Of a stretch of 33,813 nucleotides of DNA, positions 27,301 through 33,813 are shown one piece after another. The position numbers and the translations under genes are program-made. The DNA is from a virus (Duplodnaviria > Caudoviricetes). The stretch covers positions 1 to 33,813 of IMG/VR virus record IMGVR_UViG_3300020043_001840, one strand, 5' to 3'. Below the pieces are notes generated by a model. That model saw nothing but the letters and a program-made list of their open reading frames with translations, was not told where the DNA came from and did not search any database. The first letter of the stretch is position 1. Every line of letters starts with the position of its first letter.

Positions 27301-30300
27301 ATTTGAGCAGCAGAGCGGTCGCGAAGCTCAGAACATCTTCCAAGCTGCTGCCATGGTCTTTGTTCGAGACGGAAAGCTAACCGACCTAACTCAGGGCATG
27401 GATGTAATGCCTAAGCTAATCGGCTCACCTAACGCAAAGGATGCTGCTAGTAAGCAGATCTTCCGCGATGTGACCGAAGCGATCAACGGCTTCTTCAAGA
27501 TGCAGAACTCTGACGCTATTGCCAAGCCTGGTCGCGAGCGCCTGCCATTCCCTAGCGCAGCTAGCATCGAGAATGCAACCACAAAGCTAACTGAAGCCAA
27601 GTTGGCTTACGAAGAGCACATGACCTTGCGTAGCTCGCTACAGAGTGCTGCTGAGGTCAAAGCTTGGGAGTCTCGCTTTACAAAGCTTCAGTCTTACCTA
27701 GACAAGGCTCGCGAAGTCGCTTGGAAGAACAGCGTCCCAACTCAGCACTTCCAAGACGGCAAGTGGGTTCCATCGGAATTCTACCGTCGCGATGCTGCAC
27801 TTGCTGACGCTATGGCTAAGGGTAAGAACGCTCTGGAGACTCCTGAGGGCCTCGTAGGCTCGACCGAGGGTCTTGCTGACTCTGCAACCGCTTATCCTTC
27901 TCACAAGGCGCTGACGGCTGCTGAGAGCGAGAAATGGCTTGCTGACTGGCGCAAGAAGAACAATGTGCGCTCAATCGACGCTAACTCTGCTTTGCGTGAA
28001 GAACTTGCTCGCGAAACTCTTGACAACCTAGATGAGTACGGTCAGTTAGAGCTAACCCCAGGCGAGCTAGCGCAGCGTTTGCTACAGGATCAGACCGCCA
28101 AGGTTTACGACGACGCTCAGGTCAAGGTATTCATTAGCAACACCGAATACGACGGCTCAAGCTGGTTCAAGCAGACAGCAGAGAAGCTGAACGCAACCTC
28201 TGGTCGTAGCGATCTAAAGCCTTTGCTAAACCAGGCTGAGTCAACTATCATGACTAGCATTAGCCGTGTGGCGGATGCTACTCACTACCTTCGTGCTTCA
28301 TACATCAAGAAGTGGGGCAAGCTAACTGTAGAAGAGCGTTCGCTGAATGTGCTTACCGCATTCAAGCATGCTGTAGACCGCACTCCAGTGCCAGACAACT
28401 TTGACCCAACCGTTGCTGCACTGGCTAACGACCTACGAAGCATCTTGGACCCATTCTTTGGAAACCCAGAGACCTCAATGCTTATCAAATATGGCATTGA
28501 CCCTAAGGCTCTAGGCGCAGCGTTCTACCGCTACGGACTTGGGGAGAAGATCGGCTTCCTAGTCCCAGGAACTGAAGGACTAAAGAACCCTAACAAGCTC
28601 GCTGAGTACACTAAGTGGCTACCATTTGCCGAGATGCCAGAAGAGTTTGTTGGTACTGACTTTGCAAAGACTTGGGAAAGACGAGCAGAGACCTTCAAGA
28701 ACTCAGGCGAAGACCCATTCATCATCTTGATGAACATGGTTCACGCTGCACAGTTTGCGATCAGCGAGAAGACCTTCGTAACTGACTTTGCTTCACAGTT
28801 CGGCTACAAGGCTCAAGGCATGACCTTTGATCAGGCAATCGCCAATGGCTGGGTAAAGATTCAAGGTAAGGGCGCGTCAGCTGACCTGTCGCTGCACTTG
28901 CCAACCCCAGAAGAAGGCGGATTGTTCCCGCCTGAGATCGCAGAGCAGTTCATGTCGCTAAACCGCGAATGGAACAAGCTTTACAACAGCAAGCAAATGG
29001 GCACTGTTCTGAACACCATGATGAACATTCAGGGCTTCCTGAAGGCTACTCAGACCATCCTCACTCCTCGCCACCACATCACTAACGCATTCGGTGATAC
29101 CACTACCGCAATGATCGCTGGTGTGCTAAACCCTGTGCACTGGGGTCAAGCTTGGGAGATGGCAATGCGCTTTGCCAAGGATGATGTCAGAACTACTTGG
29201 GGTAAGAACAAGCTGCCTTACAAGATGACTAGCATGTTCAATGGCTTTGAAAACTTCGGCAAGACTGTCGAGGTCACCGACAAGGCTGGTCGTAAGAGCC
29301 CAGGTATCATTCTGATCAAGAACGGCAAGGCTGTAAAGCAGGGCTTGAACATTGACGACCTATACCGCGAGTTTCAGAACCGTGGCATTGTCATTGGAAA
29401 CATTTTCCAGAATGACATCCAAGGTGCCTACGAATCTGTTGCAGCAACTGGCAAGGAGCTTGGAAACAAGCGAAAGCTTTACGATGTAGTTGCAGCAAAC
29501 GCAGCTCAGGGTATCAACAAGATCACCGAGCCTGCTGGTGCACTTGCTTCCTACTACGGAAACATCCCTCGTGTCGCACACGCGATGAAGGTAATCCAGT
29601 CTCGCTCATGGAAGTCTGTCGAAGAAGCTTTGAATGCTGCTTCTGCGGAGATCACTCGCTACCACCCAACTATTCAGTCGCTAGCTGCTTCTGAGCGCAA
29701 GGGTCCACGCTTGCTGTTCACTTACTATACTTGGTTGCGCGTAGCTCACAACGCTATGATCGACATGGCCCTAAACCACACTGGTGCAATGCTAGTTCCG
29801 TCAAAGATCCAGTACGCTCAGGCAGAGGGTGGCGGTCTTGCTCCGCAGAGCATCTCCAACCCTTGGACGCTAAATGAGCTCGCTCCTAGCTACCTCACTG
29901 GCAGCGTCTATGCGCCAACCTCAGTCGCTCAAAGCGGATCAAAGATGCTTTACAAGCGAAGCTTCTTGCCACTTGACCTTCTGGACACCTACAACTTCCA
30001 GGTTGACCCAAATAAGACATGGGACCAGAATGCGCTATCAAACGCAGCAGTTCTGGGGCGCTTCCTCGGAAAGAACACCAGCATCGTCTTGCAGCCTGCC
30101 CTTGAATGGATCAGCGGTACTGACATGCAGACTGGTCAGAAGAGTTCGGTTACCGACCTCCAGACCCTTGGAGATAAGGTTATTAGTAACTTCGGTTTCA
30201 AGAGCCTACTACAAGGCATCGGCGCTTACACTCCAGCCAAGAATGAGGTTGGAACCAGCAAGGAGCTGACTGAAGAAGAGCTCAAGGTTGCCCGTGAGAA

Positions 30301-30415
30301 CTTCTGGTTTGGTCAAAAGGGTGTTATTGTAAACTCGCCAAAGTACATCAAGAGTGCTCAAACTGAGCAGCGTGAACGAATCAACACGTTCATCAAAAAC
30401 TACATACCAAAATAA
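24359..30415 (+). CDS. Giant internal virion / DNA ejection protein (2018 aa)
   Basis: Third and largest ORF after nozzle as in podovirus ejectosomes; Ala-rich; PRHHITNAFGD and LFTYYTW motifs in C-terminal part; duplicated VNPFAPKS at N-terminus; TTG start uncertain. Confidence 0.7.
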   Translation: MADPKKPVNPFAPKSGKKATTGVPKSVNPFAPKSTKKVTKTSTSATDTTDTGGKPGADPLAPIASFGQTVLGYALSPLAFIQGYTNQAIKESEAVATGKKKLNYLDLIGSDIAAGVKNAQNSISGKTTVVGKDIIASAGLPATVVDVPLLGPTDLGGLALDIAMDPTNLIPGKVLTTPLKAAAVAGKTTLKAGKIAATEGKVSVKLNELAPKITEVNGAEVAAVPESLKPGALFVNQYTKKPLVKYQNIRSEGPMATRLAKTEKTVADRFLYKTLEIAGKATPLQVIASAIEAGGKAAATTILGDIANSSLSTIAKNEARAAKALKGAVPQIIEEGIGKDMVPYQPHVSPDGVTVLDGNNGIHQFADEAEATAWVKAQKDAPAVIKTTKGLKPVVDTAPFEATGDLVSKLNPTTFDGKAAKSMLTAIDKIAKGAVGASATQVAAGGQKLSLRKNVKDVLANSISGEVSPFEILRNLLTRGDKSQEVAVATHLTLQTVTGATGKTATIAELMNKTAFAKMSKTAQEQVIKHFQDFLADPTIGREMVEGAAATERKYTGFSDLVAGLKAGDSVDYAVLEKLLKRIDPEHKVLAEVEKAAGSATAYDQIKNVLVSQGAQTVYDTQRRMNLSDAATLFKTDGLALSDTMSAYSDGRMNGTIPPLDAAVVSSRQAAHTRVSKWMDNPDTAGVMRDVLRAVNSGLGKNFEYIEKEIMGSPELMTGVSSFGDLAARSTKRPFMAETKAALLRQINQSGEAKMLGNLFGIARKRSKTSTIDIDEMIMRTTMLEDAILSILGARTVYAKPVAAGGSKHYVYITNGDFMKVMRDANPEALKAALFPDVSRPGITKYDSLSTVGIGKAIRRVMEAKETNSIVDMQEVLRDLLSRGEGQAPWSATYASRAPQIANDVAIAIRDNVDSFMKFHTERASAVVEDTLSSAQTLSEDLYTSLLEGWKANLNTGLDSTAARAQLVRDWFNKFVYASRLFEQQSGREAQNIFQAAAMVFVRDGKLTDLTQGMDVMPKLIGSPNAKDAASKQIFRDVTEAINGFFKMQNSDAIAKPGRERLPFPSAASIENATTKLTEAKLAYEEHMTLRSSLQSAAEVKAWESRFTKLQSYLDKAREVAWKNSVPTQHFQDGKWVPSEFYRRDAALADAMAKGKNALETPEGLVGSTEGLADSATAYPSHKALTAAESEKWLADWRKKNNVRSIDANSALREELARETLDNLDEYGQLELTPGELAQRLLQDQTAKVYDDAQVKVFISNTEYDGSSWFKQTAEKLNATSGRSDLKPLLNQAESTIMTSISRVADATHYLRASYIKKWGKLTVEERSLNVLTAFKHAVDRTPVPDNFDPTVAALANDLRSILDPFFGNPETSMLIKYGIDPKALGAAFYRYGLGEKIGFLVPGTEGLKNPNKLAEYTKWLPFAEMPEEFVGTDFAKTWERRAETFKNSGEDPFIILMNMVHAAQFAISEKTFVTDFASQFGYKAQGMTFDQAIANGWVKIQGKGASADLSLHLPTPEEGGLFPPEIAEQFMSLNREWNKLYNSKQMGTVLNTMMNIQGFLKATQTILTPRHHITNAFGDTTTAMIAGVLNPVHWGQAWEMAMRFAKDDVRTTWGKNKLPYKMTSMFNGFENFGKTVEVTDKAGRKSPGIILIKNGKAVKQGLNIDDLYREFQNRGIVIGNIFQNDIQGAYESVAATGKELGNKRKLYDVVAANAAQGINKITEPAGALASYYGNIPRVAHAMKVIQSRSWKSVEEALNAASAEITRYHPTIQSLAASERKGPRLLFTYYTWLRVAHNAMIDMALNHTGAMLVPSKIQYAQAEGGGLAPQSISNPWTLNELAPSYLTGSVYAPTSVAQSGSKMLYKRSFLPLDLLDTYNFQVDPNKTWDQNALSNAAVLGRFLGKNTSIVLQPALEWISGTDMQTGQKSSVTDLQTLGDKVISNFGFKSLLQGIGAYTPAKNEVGTSKELTEEELKVARENFWFGQKGVIVNSPKYIKSAQTEQRERINTFIKNYIPK

Positions 30416-30424
30416 GGAATAGTA

Positions 30425-30622
30425 ATGACAGAGACACCAGAACTAGAATCAGCAAAGATCATGTTCACCACCCTGAACGCGGTCTATTCACTCCACGCAT
30501 CAGCTGAAGTGGAGAATGGCGAGAAGTGCGTGCACTGCTCGATTATTGCAGGTCGTGTAGTCGAGTACCCATGCCCAACAGTAAACCTACTGCTGCGCGA
30601 CATGGTTGCCGAAGAAGTTTAG
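30425..30622 (+). CDS. Small zinc-binding protein
   Basis: LH......CVHC......YPCPT motif; SD aagga. Confidence 0.7.
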   Translation: MTETPELESAKIMFTTLNAVYSLHASAEVENGEKCVHCSIIAGRVVEYPCPTVNLLLRDMVAEEV

Positions 30623-31671
30623 CCTTCTGGGCTAATTAGCCTACCAGTAGCATCACGAGGTGCGTCACGAAGACGCTGCTCGGCTAGCTGCTGCTGAAGC
30701 CTTAGCTGAGCTGGGCTATAAGGAGCATCGCGTTTAGCTAGGGCTGCTGCTGCCTTCTGTTGAGCTTTAGCAATCAGCGTCTGTAGCTTGTTAGGATCTT
30801 TTACAGCATCCTTGAATTCCTTTACTGGAATATTTAGTCCAGCATTCTTCAACGTTTCCTGAACCTTTTGTGGGCTTCGCGCTGCGATCTTTGCAATGTC
30901 AGAAGGCTTAATGCTACCAATCTGAGCCTCAATGTAGTTGCCTTGCCAGCCAGGCAAATACTTTTCAACAAAGTCGCTAGTTGGCAAAACCTTACCTTCA
31001 AAGAGGCTCCTAGGCTGTAGTGGCTTATGCAGAGCTCCAGTATCGCCAGGGAAAATCTGAGCGCCTTTAGACGCTTCCTTATTTAGAAAAAGAGTAACGA
31101 GATCATTCTGCCCGTACATGCCTGGGTTGTTTCCGCCAGTTGCATTAGGGGTTGATCCAAGCTTTACTCGCTTAGCTGCAGCTTCCGCCTCAGTCAGAGC
31201 GGGGTTATTTATTACTGACTTAGGGTTTTTTGTAGTCAAAAATCCAGAAATTGGATTAGCGCCAGCGCCATAGGTCTGATCAGCAAGTTCCCTACGAAGA
31301 ACTGGACTATTTACACCATGCCCCAAAGTGCCGTCAAGCTGAGTTAAATACTGAGGATCCCGCATCGCCATCATCTTGTCAAAAGCGCTACGAGGCATGT
31401 TGACCGCGACTTGCTTTTGCTTGATTAGCTTGTTGATAGCCGCAGCGGCAGCTTCAGCTTTAGTAGGATTAATGACTTTACGAGCAGCTTTAGCTGCGAG
31501 TCCGATGCCTTTGGCGACAGCAGCGCCAGGAATCATGCCAACATAGCCGCTCTGGAAGTCTTCCTTTGACGGCATTTGCCCACTAAGAACTGATCCAGTG
31601 TTGGCTAAAAAGCGTGCGCCAGGAATAAAGTCAAGAGCATTCTCGACCCAAGGGTTCTTTGGCGCAGCCAT
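30619..31671 (-). CDS. Toxin/effector-like protein with DUF3626-like C-terminal domain
   Basis: YLTQLDGTLGHG......RR.....YG....PISGFL ... YG ... IFPGDT ... YIEAQI...KPSDIAKI motif series; N-terminal LDFIPG...MIPG..VAKG. Confidence 0.55.
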   Translation of the reverse strand: MAAPKNPWVENALDFIPGARFLANTGSVLSGQMPSKEDFQSGYVGMIPGAAVAKGIGLAAKAARKVINPTKAEAAAAAINKLIKQKQVAVNMPRSAFDKMMAMRDPQYLTQLDGTLGHGVNSPVLRRELADQTYGAGANPISGFLTTKNPKSVINNPALTEAEAAAKRVKLGSTPNATGGNNPGMYGQNDLVTLFLNKEASKGAQIFPGDTGALHKPLQPRSLFEGKVLPTSDFVEKYLPGWQGNYIEAQIGSIKPSDIAKIAARSPQKVQETLKNAGLNIPVKEFKDAVKDPNKLQTLIAKAQQKAAAALAKRDAPYSPAQLRLQQQLAEQRLRDAPRDATGRLISPEG

Positions 31672-31673
31672 TA

Positions 31674-31874
31674 TTAGTCCTCTAGTTCGCCGATTTTCTC
31701 GATAAGTGCGTCAATAGCTAGCTGGCGATCAGCCTGACCAGCGGTGTCGTTCTTACCTAGAAGGTCCTTCAACTGCTTTAGGAGTGCATCCTTGGACTCT
31801 TCAGGCTTCTCAGCCATCTTGCAGTTACAGTTCTCGCAAGGCCCTGATTCGACTTCGATCTCTACCTTAGACAT
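31674..31874 (-). CDS. Small hypothetical protein
   Basis: 66 aa, CENCNC and helical C-terminus; TAATG coupling. Confidence 0.7.
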   Translation of the reverse strand: MSKVEIEVESGPCENCNCKMAEKPEESKDALLKQLKDLLGKNDTAGQADRQLAIDALIEKIGELED

Positions 31875-32089
31875 TAGTGGAACTTACTTGCTGGAATAAC
31901 CATCTTAGGCTTCATCTTAGAAGCCTTCTTGAGCATGGCAGCCTTCTGAGCCTGCGCCTTAGCTAGCTTAGCCTTAGCATCAGCAGCCTTCTTAGCAGCG
32001 TCAGGGTTAGCACCCTTCTTAGACTGCTCGAAAACGAGCTTACCCTTAATGTCGTTAGGGTCGCCCATCCAACCTGAATTGTCTGCCAT
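31874..32089 (-). CDS. Small Lys/Ala-rich basic protein
   Basis: 71 aa, AAKKAADAKAKLAK; TAATG coupling on both sides. Confidence 0.7.
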   Translation of the reverse strand: MADNSGWMGDPNDIKGKLVFEQSKKGANPDAAKKAADAKAKLAKAQAQKAAMLKKASKMKPKMVIPASKFH

Positions 32090-32337
32090 TACTTTTCCTT
32101 AGTGTTCTTAGCGATGATACGCTGACCTGATTCGTTTAGTTCTGCTTCTGTAATCTTACCGTCTTCAAGGTATGCCTTAGATAGCTCTTCAGCTACCTCA
32201 AGGATGCCCACCCAAGCTGCAAGAGCTAGAGATAGCCACAACTCTGCACCAAGCAAAGCTGAGCCACCACCAGTGGTAGAGATCTTTAGAACAACAGTCG
32301 CAATGGTGCGACCAGCAATCTTCTTCTGGATGCCCAT
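32089..32337 (-). CDS. Putative holin
   Basis: Two hydrophobic segments then LSKAYLEDGKITEAELN; directly after endolysin. Confidence 0.65.
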   Translation of the reverse strand: MGIQKKIAGRTIATVVLKISTTGGGSALLGAELWLSLALAAWVGILEVAEELSKAYLEDGKITEAELNESGQRIIAKNTKEK

Positions 32338-32338
32338 G

Positions 32339-32899
32339 CTATGCCTTCTTTGCAGCAGGCTTCTTAGGGGCTGCAGGAGCTACAGGAGCCTCCACAGCAG
32401 CCTCAGGAGCCTCTACAGGGGTAACTGGTGCCTTAGGAGCTGCTGGAGCCACCTTAGGGGCCTTAGCAGCTTCAACAGCCATACGCTTGTCCAGGATCTC
32501 GAATGGGTCGAAGACCTTACCGAAGAAGATGCCGTCAAGTACGTTTGAGCAAGTGAAGTGAAGGTGACGGCCGTGAGATGCAGAGCCGGTGTTGCCGACA
32601 ACGCCAAGCTTCTGGCCAGCGACAACCTTCTTGCCAATGGTTAGCGCAGGAGCGGTACGTAGGTGAGAGTAGCCCCAGAAGGTGCCCTTCTCATCCTGAA
32701 TAACCAAAACGTTGCCCAGCACGCTTGACCACTTGTTCATTACGACAGTAGCGTCAGTAACGGCGATAGCGAACTCAGGAGGACCATCAACACCACGGTG
32801 GGCGTTATCACGCTTAGTGCCATCATAAAGAACGGTGTTACCGAACTCGCCACCCTTAGGGATGTCCTTTTTAGGAAACGGGTACACATACTTAGTCAT
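32339..32899 (-). CDS. M23-family peptidase endolysin
   Basis: HRGVD, LGN.L.I, YSHL, V.AGQ.LG.VGNTGSASHGRHLHF, DP motifs; Pro/Ala/Lys-rich tail. Confidence 0.88.
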   Translation of the reverse strand: MTKYVYPFPKKDIPKGGEFGNTVLYDGTKRDNAHRGVDGPPEFAIAVTDATVVMNKWSSVLGNVLVIQDEKGTFWGYSHLRTAPALTIGKKVVAGQKLGVVGNTGSASHGRHLHFTCSNVLDGIFFGKVFDPFEILDKRMAVEAAKAPKVAPAAPKAPVTPVEAPEAAVEAPVAPAAPKKPAAKKA

Positions 32900-32902
32900 A
32901 AT

Positions 32903-33154
32903 CTAGCCTTTTGTAATAAGCGAATAAAGCGATGTCCCAAGACCAATTATACCTGCAGTAAGTGCAGTCCAGATGACCCGAGGGACCCAGGAGATCTCAG
33001 CGATCTTGTTTTCAAGAGTAGAGACACGAGCAGGCAAATCCGACAAACCCTCAACTTTTGTGACCAGCTGAATAAGGAGCTTATTCGTCTCTTGCTGCTC
33101 CTTATAAAGGTCATTAATGGTTACCTTAACGTGTGCCTGCTCGTGCTCAGTCAT
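32903..33154 (-). CDS. Coiled-coil protein with C-terminal transmembrane helix (lysis-cassette membrane protein)
   Basis: VTINDLY...RVSTLE...VIWTALTAGIIGLGTSLYSLI. Confidence 0.72.
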   Translation of the reverse strand: MTEHEQAHVKVTINDLYKEQQETNKLLIQLVTKVEGLSDLPARVSTLENKIAEISWVPRVIWTALTAGIIGLGTSLYSLITKG

Positions 33155-33330
33155 TAGGCGTTCGCTGCGTCTCCGCCATCGATGTGGGTGATCGCTGTGC
33201 CATCTTTCAGGCTTACAACTGCAGCATCAACCTTATCCCAGTTAGCATTGATCTCAACTGTCTCAAACGGCTGGTTAGTGCCGACGACGGCCTTCTTCAG
33301 CGCCAAGTCTGTCGTTTCGGTATACGCCAT
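33154..33330 (-). CDS. 58-aa virion/fibre-anchor-like protein missing from the ORF track
   Basis: MAYTETTDLALKKAVVGTNQPFETVEINANWDKVDAAVVSLKDGTAITHIDGGDAANA; TAATG overlap with next gene; aggatgggg upstream; fills the gap exactly. Confidence 0.8.
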   Translation of the reverse strand: MAYTETTDLALKKAVVGTNQPFETVEINANWDKVDAAVVSLKDGTAITHIDGGDAANA

Positions 33331-33348
33331 GACGACCCCATCCTAAAA

Positions 33349-33359
33349 AATGTATAGCA
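33349..33359 (-). promoter_or_regulatory. Putative late promoter TGCTATACATT
   Basis: 9/11 identical to TGCTATAAACT upstream of the capsid gene. Confidence 0.5.
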
Positions 33360-33365
33360 AAGCTA

Positions 33366-33812
33366 TTAGTTTGTCGTCTCAATACTTATTGTAGCAGGAG
33401 CTGGAGGGATAGGCTCACTAACAACGCTTAAAGAAGACTGCCCCTGAGCAAGTGCAATCAGCTCGCGTGCAATGTTGCGCTTAATCACTGGATCAAGCAC
33501 GTGACGCAAGATAATGTCCTGCACCTGCATAAGCAAGGCTGGCACGTCTAGGTTCGCCTTGGCGTTCGGGTCAAAGCGCCCAGTGAGCTGGTTCAAGAAG
33601 GTAATCGCCTTCATATCGCCCTGCTGAACCATCTGGCCCAAAGCAGCATCAGCCATAGGAATAAACTTCTTCAAGTTATCCTCAGACTTGGCAGCCATAG
33701 CAGCGCCAAACTCCTTCTGGCGCATCCAGCCATCAATCTCCGTAATCGAGATCTTCATACGCTTAGCCAACACCTGCGGAGTCAGCATATTCATCGGATT
33801 CAGATACGCCTG
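33366..33812 (-). CDS. HTH protein, candidate terminase small subunit (5' end probably outside window)
   Basis: Frame is open to the window edge; LAKRMKISITEIDGWMRQKEF HTH and GDMKAITFLNQLTGR. Confidence 0.55.
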   Translation of the reverse strand, partial: QAYLNPMNMLTPQVLAKRMKISITEIDGWMRQKEFGAAMAAKSEDNLKKFIPMADAALGQMVQQGDMKAITFLNQLTGRFDPNAKANLDVPALLMQVQDIILRHVLDPVIKRNIARELIALAQGQSSLSVVSEPIPPAPATISIETTN

Positions 33813-33813
33813 C

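Noticed and set aside
24359-30415. Virion RNA polymerase (N4-like) using the hairpins as promoters
   Set aside because: No RxxxKxxxxxxxYG or DxDGD polymerase motifs recognised; position and composition fit an ejection protein
33133-33357. Plus-strand 74-aa ORF in the track
   Set aside because: Antisense shadow of the better supported 58-aa minus-strand gene

Overview
Most of a lytic-looking tailed dsDNA phage genome with podovirus-like morphogenesis genes (portal, scaffold, major capsid, adaptor, nozzle, ejected internal proteins; no tape-measure or tail-tube gene seen). A WhiB regulator, leaderless promoters and moderate GC point to an actinobacterial host, plausibly a low-GC freshwater lineage (inference). 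Layout: early/replication genes on + (1-6090: XRE HTH, WhiB, Cas4-like nuclease, SSB-like protein, primase-helicase, HNH proteins); a minus-strand block (6080-12515) with a metallophosphoesterase, an inserted HNH endonuclease and a multi-gene fibre/adhesin cassette; a + strand packaging/virion block (12551-30622); and a minus-strand lysis block (30619-33813) that also carries a toxin-like gene. Highlights: (1) a possible plug-and-socket fibre chain in which C-terminal IDGG peptides precede Mtd-N-type domains, plus an unannotated 58-aa IDGG protein; (2) two hairpins that bury an RBS and contain a -10 box in their own 5' arm; (3) a pseudoknot-capable capsid mRNA leader that can pair with its SD; (4) a palindromic bidirectional -10 and a shared TGCKATAnAnT motif at late operon heads; (5) a DUF3626-like, possibly ADP-ribosyltransferase-fold, effector gene; (6) a 197-nt gene overlap. 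All family assignments come from motif recognition by eye, not database searches.
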